The translations under genes and the position numbers were made by a program. Below are positions 1-9,316 of a stretch of 64,000 nucleotides of DNA, one piece after another (the stretch's first letter is position 1; every line of letters begins with the position of its first letter). The notes under the pieces were generated by a model. The model did no database searches. It saw nothing but the letters and a program-made list of their open reading frames with translations, and was not told where the DNA came from. Origin of the DNA: Alphaproteobacteria bacterium (GTDB lineage: Bacteria; Pseudomonadota; Alphaproteobacteria; Bin95); assembly GCA_965205265.1 (NCBI GenBank), contig CBDBGH010000003.1, positions 1,888,001 through 1,952,000 on the forward strand. Direction: 5' to 3'.

Positions 1-13
1 CCGGGACGACTTC

Positions 14-1207
14 ATGGCGCCCGCATATCGGGCCGTGACGGCGATCGTGCTCGACCCGGACCGATGGTTGGACCGGGTGGACGCCGATCCCGCCCTGGCG
101 CGGGAGGCCTATGAGGCGCGCATGGCGGATTTCACCGTGCCGGCGACCCGGCGCGTCCGGCAGGTGCTCTTCGACGACGGGTCGAAGGCGCAGGAGTTCA
201 TGACGGCGCTGGCCGCCGGCGCGGAACTGGAACGGGCGGCCGGGACCGTCGGCGCCCCGGTCAGCGATCTCGGCCCCGTCTCCCGCAGCCAGCTGCCCCA
301 GCCCGCCCTGGCCGAGGCGGTGTTCTCCCTCGGGGAAGCGGGCGTCACCGGCCCGGTGGAGACGCCGCTCGGCTGGCATGTGCTGGCCGTGGACCAGATC
401 GCGGAGGAAAGCACGATCCCGTTCGAGGACGTGAAGGAAGGCCTGGAACGGGAGGTTGCGCGCGAGATCGCCATAGAACGGCTGGCGGACCTGGCGAACG
501 ACCTGGACGACCAGCTGGGCGGCGGCGCCACATTCGAAGACGCGGCGCGGGCGCTCGACCTGACGATGTTGACGATCGCGGCCGTGGATGCGTCCGGCCG
601 CGACCGCGCGGGCGAACAGCCGGAGGGCCTGCCGGCGGAGCCGAACTTCCTGCAGACGGCCTTCTCCACGCCCGTGGGCGAGGACAGCCTGCTGGGCGAA
701 CTGGGCGACGGCGGCCATTTCGTGCTGCGGGTGGAAAGCGAGACGCCGCCGGCTGTGCGCCCGTTCGAGGAAGCGAAGCCGCTGGTGCTGTCGGCCTGGC
801 GCAAGGCGCGGCTGGACGAAGCGGCGAAGGCGAAGGCGGAGGCGCTGGCGGACAGGCTGCGCGAGGGCCGCACGCCCGCATCGGTCGCGGGCGGGCTCGC
901 GGTGACCGAAACCGGGCCGTTCGCGCGCTTGGAGGCCGAGCCGGAGTCCGGCCGGTCCCAAGAGGTCGTCGACGCGGTGTTCGCGGCGGAGCGCGGCGAG
1001 GTCGTCGTGGCGCGCGCCGGCGACGGCTATGCGGTCGCGGTGGTCGAGGGCATCGAGCCGCCGCCCTATTCCGAGCCGGAGATCGAGGCGATAAGGGAGC
1101 AGCTTTCGGCCGAAATGGTCGAGGATGTCCGGCGGCAATTCCATGCCGCGCTGGAGGACCGGTTCGGGGTCGCGGTCAACCGCGACCTGCTCGCCCAGTT
1201 CAACTGA
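14..1207 (+). CDS. ppiD: PpiD/SurA-family peptidyl-prolyl isomerase chaperone (C-terminal part; gene probably starts before the window)
   Basis: Rotamase-like segment 'GVTGPVETPLGWHVLAV'; typical position upstream of trpE. Confidence 0.8.
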   Translation: MAPAYRAVTAIVLDPDRWLDRVDADPALAREAYEARMADFTVPATRRVRQVLFDDGSKAQEFMTALAAGAELERAAGTVGAPVSDLGPVSRSQLPQPALAEAVFSLGEAGVTGPVETPLGWHVLAVDQIAEESTIPFEDVKEGLEREVAREIAIERLADLANDLDDQLGGGATFEDAARALDLTMLTIAAVDASGRDRAGEQPEGLPAEPNFLQTAFSTPVGEDSLLGELGDGGHFVLRVESETPPAVRPFEEAKPLVLSAWRKARLDEAAKAKAEALADRLREGRTPASVAGGLAVTETGPFARLEAEPESGRSQEVVDAVFAAERGEVVVARAGDGYAVAVVEGIEPPPYSEPEIEAIREQLSAEMVEDVRRQFHAALEDRFGVAVNRDLLAQFN

Positions 1208-1231
1208 GCGGAAGACCGGACAGCGCCAGCC

Positions 1232-2785
1232 ATGCTCGAACCTGCCGACTTTCCCTCCTTCGAGGCCCGCTACCGGTCCGGCCGCGCGCAACTGGTCTGG
1301 ACCGCCCTGGTCGCGGACCTCGAAACGCCGGTCTCGGCGATGCTCAAGCTGTCGGCCGGGCGGGCCAATTGTTTCCTGCTCGAATCGGTCGAGGGCGGCG
1401 CCACCCGCGGGCGCTACTCGTTCATCGGCCGGGACCCGGACATCGTCTGGCGCTGCCGGGGCGACAAGGCCGAAATCAACCGCGATGCGCTCGCCGACCC
1501 GGACCGGTTCGAGCCCTGCGGCAAGGGCGCCCTCGAGTCCCTGCGCGACCTGGTCGAGGAGTGCCGCATCGACGACCTGCCGGAAGACCTGCCGCCGATG
1601 GCGGCTGCGCTCGTCGGCTATATGGGATACGACATGGTGCGCCTCATGGAGCGCCTGCCGGACGAGCCGCCCGATCCCGTGGGCATTCCGGACGGGCTGT
1701 TCCTCCGCCCGACCGTCATGGCGGTGTTCGACCTGATCGAGGACCGCATTTCGCTGGTGACGCCGGTCTGGCCCCGGAACGGCACGACGGCCGAGACGGC
1801 ATGGCTGCGCGCCGAGGAACGTCTGGCGGCGGCCCTGGCCGACCTGGAAGGAGCGGCGATAGACCGGCGCGAGAGCGCGCCGCCCGCGCTCCCCGATGCG
1901 ACGCCGCGCTCCAACATGACGCGGGAACGGTTCCACGAGGTCGTGGAGATCGCGCGGGACTACGTCCATGCGGGCGACGCCTTCCAGATCGTGCCGGCGC
2001 AGCGCTTCTCCATGGACTTCACGCTCCCGCCTTTCGCGCTTTACCGCGCGCTCAGGCGGCTCAACCCCTCGCCCTTCCTGTTCCATCTCGATTTCGGCGC
2101 CTTCTCCATCGTCGGCTCCAGCCCGGAAATCCTGGTGCGGGTGCGCGACGGGCGCATCACCATCCGGCCGCTCGCCGGGACCCGGCCCCGCGGCCGCGAC
2201 GCCGCCGAAGACCGCCGGCTCGCGGCCGAATTGCTGGACGACCCGAAGGAGGTCGCCGAGCACCTGATGCTGCTGGACCTCGCCCGCAACGATGTCGGGC
2301 GGGTGAGCCGCATCGGCAGCGTCGAGGTCACCGAGCAGTTCGAGATCGAATACTACTCGCACGTCATGCATATCGGCTCCGAGGTGCAGGGCGACCTGGA
2401 CCCGCGCTACGACGCCATCGGCGCGCTGGTCGCGGGCTTCCCGGCGGGCACCGTCTCCGGCGCGCCGAAAGTCCGCGCCATGGAGATCATCGACGAGCTT
2501 GAGCCGGAGAAGCGCGGCATCTATGCCGGCTGCATCGGCTATTTCGCCGCCGACGGCTCCATGGACACCTGCATCGCGCTGCGCACGGCGCTGGTGAAGG
2601 ACGATGTGCTCTATGTGCAGGCGGGCGTGGGCGTCGTCGCCGACAGCGACCCGGAGACGGAGTACAAGGAAAGCTGGGACAAGGCCCGGGCGCTGATGCG
2701 CGCGGCGGAGGAGGCGGTGCGCTTCGCGGCCCATGCGCGGCCCCCGGGAGCCAATCTTCCCGATTCGGCGTTGAACCCGGGCTAG
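1232..2785 (+). CDS. trpE: Anthranilate synthase component I
   Basis: Motifs LLESVEGG..GRYS, NPSPF, GSSPE, AEHLMLLDLARND, PAGTVSGAPKVRAM. Confidence 0.97.
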   Translation: MLEPADFPSFEARYRSGRAQLVWTALVADLETPVSAMLKLSAGRANCFLLESVEGGATRGRYSFIGRDPDIVWRCRGDKAEINRDALADPDRFEPCGKGALESLRDLVEECRIDDLPEDLPPMAAALVGYMGYDMVRLMERLPDEPPDPVGIPDGLFLRPTVMAVFDLIEDRISLVTPVWPRNGTTAETAWLRAEERLAAALADLEGAAIDRRESAPPALPDATPRSNMTRERFHEVVEIARDYVHAGDAFQIVPAQRFSMDFTLPPFALYRALRRLNPSPFLFHLDFGAFSIVGSSPEILVRVRDGRITIRPLAGTRPRGRDAAEDRRLAAELLDDPKEVAEHLMLLDLARNDVGRVSRIGSVEVTEQFEIEYYSHVMHIGSEVQGDLDPRYDAIGALVAGFPAGTVSGAPKVRAMEIIDELEPEKRGIYAGCIGYFAADGSMDTCIALRTALVKDDVLYVQAGVGVVADSDPETEYKESWDKARALMRAAEEAVRFAAHARPPGANLPDSALNPG

Positions 2786-2833
2786 AATCGGGAGTAACCG
2801 GAAGCGCAACCGTTTCGACCCGAACTGAGGCGC

Positions 2834-4792
2834 ATGGCCAACCTCTTCCAGCAAGCCGCAGTCGAAAGCGACTACACCGCCGAACATGTGGAGGTGCTCG
2901 AGGGCCTCGAGCCCGTCCGGCGGCGGCCCGGCATGTATATCGGCTCGACCGACGAAACCGGGCTCCACCACCTCGCGGCCGAGCTGCTCGACAACGCCAT
3001 GGACGAGGCGATCGCCGGCCATGCGGACCGCATCGAGTTCTCCCTGGACGGCGAGGGCTGGGTCGAGGTCCGCGACAACGGGCGCGGCATCCCGGTGGAC
3101 CCCCACCCCAAGTTCAAGGGCCGCTCGGCGCTGGAAGTCATCCTGACGACGCTGCACTCCGGCGCCAAGTTCGACGACCGGGCCTACCGGGCGGCGGGCG
3201 GCCTGCACGGCGTCGGCGTGTCGGTCGTCAACGCGCTTGCCGCCGAGCTGGTGGTGGAGGTGGCGCGGGACCGCATATTGTGGCGGCAGAGCTATGCCAG
3301 GGGCGAGCCGGTCTCCAGGCTGGAGAAGGTGGGGATTTCCCGCAACCGGCGCGGCACGACGGTGCGCTTCCGGCCCGACCCGGAGATTTTCGGTAAGGCC
3401 GCCCGGTTCCGGCCCGAGCGGCTGTTCCGCATGGCGCGCTCCAAGGCCTGCCTGTTCGGCGGCGTGCGCATCGTCTGGCGCTGCGACGCCGGCCGCCTGC
3501 CGGCGGATTCCGAGGTGCCGGCGGAGGCCGAGCTGCATTTCCCGGGCGGGCTCGCGGACTTCCTCGACCTCTCGACCGGGGAGCGGCGGCGCATTGCCGA
3601 CAGGGCCTTCACGGGTGCGGTGGAATTCCCGGGAGACGCCGGCAGGGTCGAATGGGCGATTGCCTGGCTCGCCGACAATGAAGGCTTTTCGCACACCTAC
3701 TGCAACACCATCCCGACGCCGCTCGGCGGCAGCCACGAAGCGGGCCTGCGCCAGGCGTTGATGCGGGGCCTGCGCGCCCACGGGGAGCGCACCGGCAACC
3801 GCAAGGCCGTCAAGGTCAATGCGGACGATGCGATGGGCGGTGCGGGCGTCATGCTGTCCGTCTTCATCCGCAACCCGCAATTCCAGGGCCAGACCAAGGA
3901 AAAGCTGGAAAGCCCCGAGACGCAGCGCCTGGTCGAGCTCACGATCAAGGACCGCTTCGACCACTGGCTCGCCGCCGACACGGGAGCCGCCGATGCCATC
4001 GCCGCCTTCGCCGTCGAGCGCGCGGAGGACCGCCAGCGCCGGCGCGAGGAGCGCGACCGCAAGCGCAAGGCGAACGGCAACGGGCGGGTGCGCCTGCCCG
4101 GCAAGCTCACCGACTGCTCCCGGCGCGAGCGCGACGGCACGGAGATCTTCCTGGTCGAGGGCGATTCCGCCGGCGGCTCCGCGAAGCAGGCCCGGCAGCG
4201 GGAGACGCAGGCGATCCTGCCCCTGCGCGGCAAGATCCTGAATGTGGCGAGCGCCACGGACGACAAGCTGCGCGGCAACCGGGAGATCGCGGACCTGAAG
4301 CTCGCGCTCGGATGCGGCGCCGGCGAGGACTACCGCGACGAAGACCTGCGCTACGACCGCGTCATCATCATGACGGATGCGGATGTGGACGGCGCGCATA
4401 TCGCGTCCCTGCTGATGACCTATTTCCTGCGCGAGATGCCGGCGCTGATCGGGAACGGCCGCCTCTATCTGGCGCGCCCGCCGCTCTACCGGCTGAGCGC
4501 CGGCGGCGTGACGGCCTATGCCCGCGACGACGCCCACCGGATCGAGCTGCTGGACTCGGTCTTCAAGGGCAAGCGCAAGGTCGAGGTGTCGCGCTTCAAG
4601 GGCCTCGGCGAAATGCCGCCCGGCCAGCTGCGCGAGACCACCATGGACCCCGACCGCCGCAGCCTGCTGCAGGTGGAGTTCGAGCCCGGGGAGTCGCTGG
4701 AGACCGTGGAGCGCCTGATGGGCCGCAACCCCCGCCACCGCCTCGCCTTCATCCAGGAAAACGCCGAGTTCGCGGGCGAGCTGGACGTCTGA
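2834..4792 (+). CDS. parE: DNA topoisomerase IV subunit B
   Basis: VLEGLEPVRRRPGMYIG, GGLHGVGVSVVNAL, EGDSAGGSAKQAR, PLRGKILNV, MTDADVDGAHI; 652 aa, ParE rather than GyrB length. Confidence 0.93.
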   Translation: MANLFQQAAVESDYTAEHVEVLEGLEPVRRRPGMYIGSTDETGLHHLAAELLDNAMDEAIAGHADRIEFSLDGEGWVEVRDNGRGIPVDPHPKFKGRSALEVILTTLHSGAKFDDRAYRAAGGLHGVGVSVVNALAAELVVEVARDRILWRQSYARGEPVSRLEKVGISRNRRGTTVRFRPDPEIFGKAARFRPERLFRMARSKACLFGGVRIVWRCDAGRLPADSEVPAEAELHFPGGLADFLDLSTGERRRIADRAFTGAVEFPGDAGRVEWAIAWLADNEGFSHTYCNTIPTPLGGSHEAGLRQALMRGLRAHGERTGNRKAVKVNADDAMGGAGVMLSVFIRNPQFQGQTKEKLESPETQRLVELTIKDRFDHWLAADTGAADAIAAFAVERAEDRQRRREERDRKRKANGNGRVRLPGKLTDCSRRERDGTEIFLVEGDSAGGSAKQARQRETQAILPLRGKILNVASATDDKLRGNREIADLKLALGCGAGEDYRDEDLRYDRVIIMTDADVDGAHIASLLMTYFLREMPALIGNGRLYLARPPLYRLSAGGVTAYARDDAHRIELLDSVFKGKRKVEVSRFKGLGEMPPGQLRETTMDPDRRSLLQVEFEPGESLETVERLMGRNPRHRLAFIQENAEFAGELDV

Positions 4793-4835
4793 GCGGCTTT
4801 CGGTCTTCGCGCGCCTCCACCGCCGAAGAAGAAAT

Positions 4836-5891
4836 TAGAGCAGATTCGTTTCATTTGGGTTCATATCCGCATGCAGTGAAGAAGCTTCGGGCGTCCTGTG
4901 GAGTGACAGCATCGATGGCGTCGCGGATCGCATCCCAGAGCGTATGGACGGAGCGTGCTGCGGCCTTTTTCAGGAGAGCCTTGATTTTGGAGAAGGCCAT
5001 CTCGATGGGGTTGAAGTCGGGGCTGTAGGGCGGCAGGAACAGGATGCCGGCGCCTGTGGCCTCGATAGCTTCTCGGATGGCGATGGGCTTGTGGGCCGGC
5101 AGATTGTCGAGGATGACGGTGTCGCCTGGCCTCAGGGTCGGGGCCAGGACCTGTTCGACATAGGCAAGGAAGGCTGCCCCGGTCATCGCCCCATCGATGG
5201 TCATGGGGGCGAGGATGCCGTCGAGCGTGAGGCCGGCGACCAAAGTGGTGGTCTTCCAGTGACCATGGGGGACGGGAGCGCGGCAACGCTCGCCCCTGGG
5301 AGCCCGGCCATACATGCGGGCCATCTTGGTCGAGGTCCCGCTTTCGTCGATGAAGATCAGGCGCTCGGGGTCGAGCCCGGGCTGGTCTTCGAACCAGGCC
5401 TGACGCCGGCGTGCGACGTCCGGTCGGTCCTGCTCGGCAGCATGGGCCGTCTTTTTTTGCGCGTGATGCCGCGACGCTTGAAGAACCCATGCACCACGCT
5501 GGGCGGCGGCCGGTAGCCGACCGCCTCCTCAAGCCTGGCCGCGATCTCCTGGAGGGTCAGGTCGGGCTCCACCTCAACCCACCCCATGATCAGATCGCCG
5601 TGACCCTCAATGCGCCCTGGACGGCTACCGCCGCGTGGCTTCGGCGAGAGGTCGCCTGTCAGGCGCGATTGGCTCACCCAGCGGATCGCAGACGACACCC
5701 CGACGCCAAAACGCGCCGCAGCCTGCCGACGCGACATCCCGGACTCAACCGCTGCAACCACGCGCCGACGAAGATCAACAGAAAGAGACTGCGCCATGCG
5801 AGCTGGCCTCCTTCACCAGCCCCCATCGTGAATCACATAATCCGCCAATTGGGAATCCCTCAACGATTCAATCGCCCGCGAATTCGCTCTA
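4836..5891 (-). mobile_element. IS630-family insertion sequence
   Basis: Ends TAGAGCAGATTCG (4836) and CGAATTCGCTCTA (5891) are imperfect inverted repeats bounded by TA; contains a split transposase. Confidence 0.9.
4851..5797 (-). CDS. IS630 transposase in two frames (HTH ORF 5357-5797, then DDE domain) joined by a probable -1 frameshift at an A7 run (plus-strand T7 at 5452-5458)
   Basis: [12 protein letters not shown] start; DDE motifs [10 protein letters not shown] and [19 protein letters not shown]. Confidence 0.88.
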
Positions 5892-5983
5892 GGTCGCCAG
5901 CCGAAAAATTGCTTGCGCCGGATGTTTCTGTGGATATTTTGGAACAAATAAGGAATCGGCGGCGCAATCCGCAAGGGGGCGGC

Positions 5984-6751
5984 ATGGCTGACAACTCGGC
6001 GATCGAGTGGACGGACGCGACATGGAACCCGGTGACGGGTTGCACGAAGATCACGCGCGGCTGCGACAATTGCTATGCGGCGCGATTCGCCGAGCGCTGG
6101 CGCGGCGTTCCCGGCCACCCTTACGAGCAGGGCTTCGACTTGAGGGAATGGCCGGAGCGGCTGGACCAGCCGGCGCGCTGGAAGCGGCGGCGCATGATCT
6201 TCGTCAACTCCATGAGCGACCTCTTCCACAAGAAGGTGCCAAAAGAGTTCATCGACGAGGTTTTCGACCGCATGGAAAAGGTGGATCGCCACACCTACCA
6301 GGTGCTGACAAAGCGCAGCTCGCTCATGCGCAACTACCTCAAGCGCCGCTACGCGAACGGCGCGGGGCCCGGCCATATCTGGTGCGGCGTGTCGGTGGAG
6401 GACAGCACGGCCACAGCCAGAATCCGACACTTGCAGGCCGCGCCGGCAAAGGTTCGTTTCCTCTCCATAGAGCCGCTGATCGGCCCAGTCGGGGAGATTG
6501 ATCTCACGGGCATATCCTGGGTTATCGTCGGCGGCGAGAGCGGCCCCAACGCGCGCACGATGCAACTGGAATGGGTCCGCGAAATACGAGACCGGTGCTT
6601 GCAGGCGCAAGTGCCGTTCTTCTTCAAGCAATGGGGTGGAAAGACACCCAAGGCCGGCGGGCGGACGCTGGATTACAGGGAATGGAACGAAGTGCCCCGG
6701 ATTGGTGCGCCAGACCCCGCAGTCGATACGATGCATAGGGCAGCCGCTTGA
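5984..6751 (+). CDS. DUF5131 / phage Gp37-Gp68 family three-Cys radical-SAM-like protein
   Basis: MADNSAIEWTDATWNPVTGCTKITRGCDNCYA, FVNSMSDLFH, WVIVGGESGP, FFFKQWGG. Confidence 0.93.
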   Translation: MADNSAIEWTDATWNPVTGCTKITRGCDNCYAARFAERWRGVPGHPYEQGFDLREWPERLDQPARWKRRRMIFVNSMSDLFHKKVPKEFIDEVFDRMEKVDRHTYQVLTKRSSLMRNYLKRRYANGAGPGHIWCGVSVEDSTATARIRHLQAAPAKVRFLSIEPLIGPVGEIDLTGISWVIVGGESGPNARTMQLEWVREIRDRCLQAQVPFFFKQWGGKTPKAGGRTLDYREWNEVPRIGAPDPAVDTMHRAAA

Positions 6752-7896
6752 TGCAGCCTCAGATCGAACACTATCGAGGGCGAGAGCAATCTTATATAAA
6801 GCATATTTTCCTCAACAGATATCTGGAAGCCGCCGCCTTCAAACTCCTCCAGCCAAGGCGGGGCACACCGGTTTTCAATTTCGTGGATGCATTTGCCGGC
6901 CCTTGGCGCGTGTCGGATAGCGATGACTTCTCGGATGCTTCCTTCTCGCAAGCACTGGCAACGCTGGAGACAGTTCGACAGCAGTTGGCGAAGACGGGGC
7001 GCGCTGGCCTTCAAGTGCGGTATCGGTTCTGCGAATGAAATCTGGCCTCTGCCGTCGAGCTCCGGAAATTCGCGGCGGCAAGGCAGGAGTTCGATATTCA
7101 GGTCTTCCAAGGGTCGTTCGAGGACAATATAGAGGGAATAGCTGCCGCTTGCCGCAACGGTTTCACTTTCACATTCATCGACCCCACAGGCTGGAATATA
7201 GATTCTGACAAGGTCTTTTCCTTTCTGAAACACCTTAACGGTGAGTTTCTTTTCAACTTCATGGCCGAGGACATCAATCGACATGCCGGCTGGGAAGGGG
7301 TATCAGATTCGGTCGGTCGTTTTCTGGCTAATCCGGCTTGGGAACATGAGTTTCGTAACCTGCCCGAAGATTGGTCCAACGAAAGAAAAGTTCTCCACTT
7401 ACTGAAATTGAATATGAAGGAAGCCGGCATTGCAACTTATCTGCCAGAGGTAGCCATATTGAGGCCCAGAGACGATCGAGTGAAGATGCGTCTCCTACTT
7501 GGTACCCACCACATTCAAGGTGTGGAAGTGTTTCGCACCGTGCAGAAGAATGTGGAGGCTGAGGCTATTTCAGTCCGACACAATATTGGGATCGAGCGAA
7601 GCGGACAACCATATCTTTTCCCGAGCAACCAGCTTGCCGAAATCGAAGCGAAGCGCGAAGGGGTCAGTTGTCCGGCAAGTCTCGAACGCGCAACCGAAAT
7701 GGTGCGGCATATTGTAGATGAAACGCCCGGCATCGAATTCGGAAATCTGACAGGTTCGGTGATGGAGTCAGTGCCGGTTCGGACTACTGACCTGAACAAG
7801 ATTGCAGTCGCCCTTCGCAAAACCGGACAACTTAGGTTCGATTTGCCTCTTCGTAAGCGAACGCCACTTCCTACAACACGGGTATTCACCGCTTAG
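6748..7896 (+). pseudogene. tcmP: Three-Cys-motif partner protein TcmP (SAM-methyltransferase-like) with a single in-frame TGA at 7036-7038
   Basis: ORFs 6748-7038 and 7261-7896 share a frame and the intervening codons are open; motifs KHIFLNRYL, FVDAFAGPW, FTFIDPTGW, EFLFNFM; overlaps the DUF5131 stop; visibly lower GC than flanks. Confidence 0.8.
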
Positions 7897-7932
7897 CGTT
7901 TCTGCCTTCGCCTTCCACCTTTCTCCGCATGC

Positions 7933-8129
7933 TTACTTCGAACAGGCGCGCATTTTCTCATACAGCAGGAACAGAAAATCGACCCGTGCTCGCTCGGAGG
8001 CAAAGGGGGTTTGGCGGTATAGGCGGTCCACGGCGCGATCGAGTTTGCGGTGGGCGCGGCGGACGTTGGGCGGCATGAGGCCGGGGTCGTCGAGGCCCGC
8101 CAGGGTCGCTTGCCCGTAGGCGGCGCGGG
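7933..8129 (-). pseudogene. C-terminal remnant of an MmeI-like (type IIL) restriction-modification gene
   Basis: Manual translation RAAYGQATLAGLDDPGLMPPNVRRAHRKLDRAVDRLYRQTPFASERARVDFLFLLYEKM resembles the MmeI C-terminal consensus TLADLYDP..MP..L..AH..LDRAVDxxY; no upstream part present. Confidence 0.75.
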
Positions 8130-8130
8130 G

Positions 8131-8355
8131 TCAGTCGAGGTTTTTCAGCCGGTCGGCGATCCAGAGCTTGATGAGCGACTGCCGGGGGACGCCGTGCAGT
8201 CTCGCCTGCCGGTCGAGAGCGGCGACCACCCAGGCCGGGAAGTCCACATTGACCCGCCTGGTCCCCAGATTGACGCGCTCGGCGCCGGACCAGTCCACAT
8301 GCGCGCTCACGTCCTCCCCGTCGTCGAATGCACGGTCGAACTCATGCGCTTTCAT
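8131..8355 (-). CDS. brnA: CopG/RHH antitoxin (BrnA-like)
   Basis: MKAHEFDRAFDDGED..RRVNVDFPAWVV..LDRQA..GVPRQSLIKLWIA; overlaps the toxin gene. Confidence 0.85.
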   Translation of the reverse strand: MKAHEFDRAFDDGEDVSAHVDWSGAERVNLGTRRVNVDFPAWVVAALDRQARLHGVPRQSLIKLWIADRLKNLD

Positions 8356-8605
8356 AGCGTTCCACCTCCTCCTTGCGGGCCCGGCGAACCGAGATAAGCC
8401 GTATGCGGTCGCCGCGGCGCGTGCAGATTGCCGACCAATGCCGTCCTCCGATCCTTCCGATGGCTATAAAGCGCGGTTCGTCGACCGTCCGCGCCGGCGC
8501 TTCGAGCAGCCAGGGATCGTCCCACAACGCCTGCGCATCTTCGAAGCCGATGCCGTGTTTCGCCTTGTTCCCCGCGCTCTTGTCCGGGTCGAATTCGAAA
8601 TCCAT
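8342..8605 (-). CDS. brnT: BrnT-family ribonuclease toxin
   Basis: MDFEFDPDKSAGNKAKHGIGF..IRLISVRRARKEE. Confidence 0.9.
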   Translation of the reverse strand: MDFEFDPDKSAGNKAKHGIGFEDAQALWDDPWLLEAPARTVDEPRFIAIGRIGGRHWSAICTRRGDRIRLISVRRARKEEVERYESA

Positions 8606-8839
8606 GTACATAATTTATATCAAAAATATTCAGATTCAATGCATTATTGGCCCTGCCGGGAACGCCGCCTCCCCTTCCCCCGCATTCCCGCCTCCAGCGG
8701 CGCGCGCCGGTCGCCCATTGCGCGAACGTCCAACCGGACCGTGCGGCCGCCTCTCGGAGAAGCCGGTGAGTTTCCCTGCCTTGGCGCCATTTGGAAACAG
8801 TGTCATGTTCTATTTTCCTGAAATAATTCTGGAATATTG

Positions 8840-8867
8840 CTTGCATTATCAAAAATTGTGTTACAAT
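8840..8867 (+). promoter_or_regulatory. Putative sigma70-type promoter (CTTGCA and extended -10 TGtTACAAT)
   Basis: AT-rich island; a homologous promoter CTTGCAT-N15-TATGAT lies on the - strand at 35681-35708. Confidence 0.55.
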
Positions 8868-8883
8868 GGGCGGCAGGAGGAAG

Positions 8884-9086
8884 GGAGCGGCGCTCGCGGG
8901 GCCGCTTCGTTCCGCCGTTCGCGCCGACGCGAAAAAAGCCCCCGATTCGGCCAACGGGTGAAGTGCGCCCTGCGTCCGGCCCGCGCGCGCGGGCGCACCC
9001 GGGCAATCAGGCGCGCGATTCGCGCCGCCGCGAAACGTGCGCCCACGGGCGCGGGCACCCACGCAGGATACGCGCGAATCAGGGTC
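8884..9086 (+). ncRNA. Candidate structured leader/ncRNA, copy 1
   Basis: Collinear with 35483-35675 (-); shared blocks CCCCGATTC, GAAGTGCG, GGGCAATCAGGCGCGCGA, CGCGCCGCCGCGAAACG, CGCAGGAT, ACGCGCGAAT..GGGTC. Confidence 0.55.
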
Positions 9087-9210
9087 CCGACGCTTCGGGT
9101 AGCCGGGCGGCGGAAGGAGAATTGGAACGGAATGGAACGAAACGCGATGGAGGAACGACATGCAGGATGCGGAGGGACGGGGCTTCGGCGAAACGGTCCC
9201 GATGCTCACA

Positions 9211-9240
9211 TGCTCCTCTCCCGCTTGCGGGAGAGGAGCA
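9211..9240. repeat. REP-like palindrome TGCTCCTCTCCCGC-TT-GCGGGAGAGGAGCA
   Basis: Perfect 14-bp inverted repeat; CTCTCCCGCTTGCGGGAGAG resembles a common proteobacterial REP type. Confidence 0.7.
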
Positions 9241-9316
9241 AACAAGGAACAAACGAAGGAGAGGTAAAACTTCATACCCAAACAGGCCACAGCCTATGCG
9301 CCCCGCGCATGCAGAT

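Noticed and set aside
1232-2834. trpE without adjacent trpG/trpD as a novel pathway
   Set aside because: Split trp operons are common in Alphaproteobacteria
9236-9250. Alphaproteobacterial LexA box (GAAC-N7-GAAC)
   Set aside because: Only GAGC-N7-GAAC, overlapping a REP hairpin and far from the promoter
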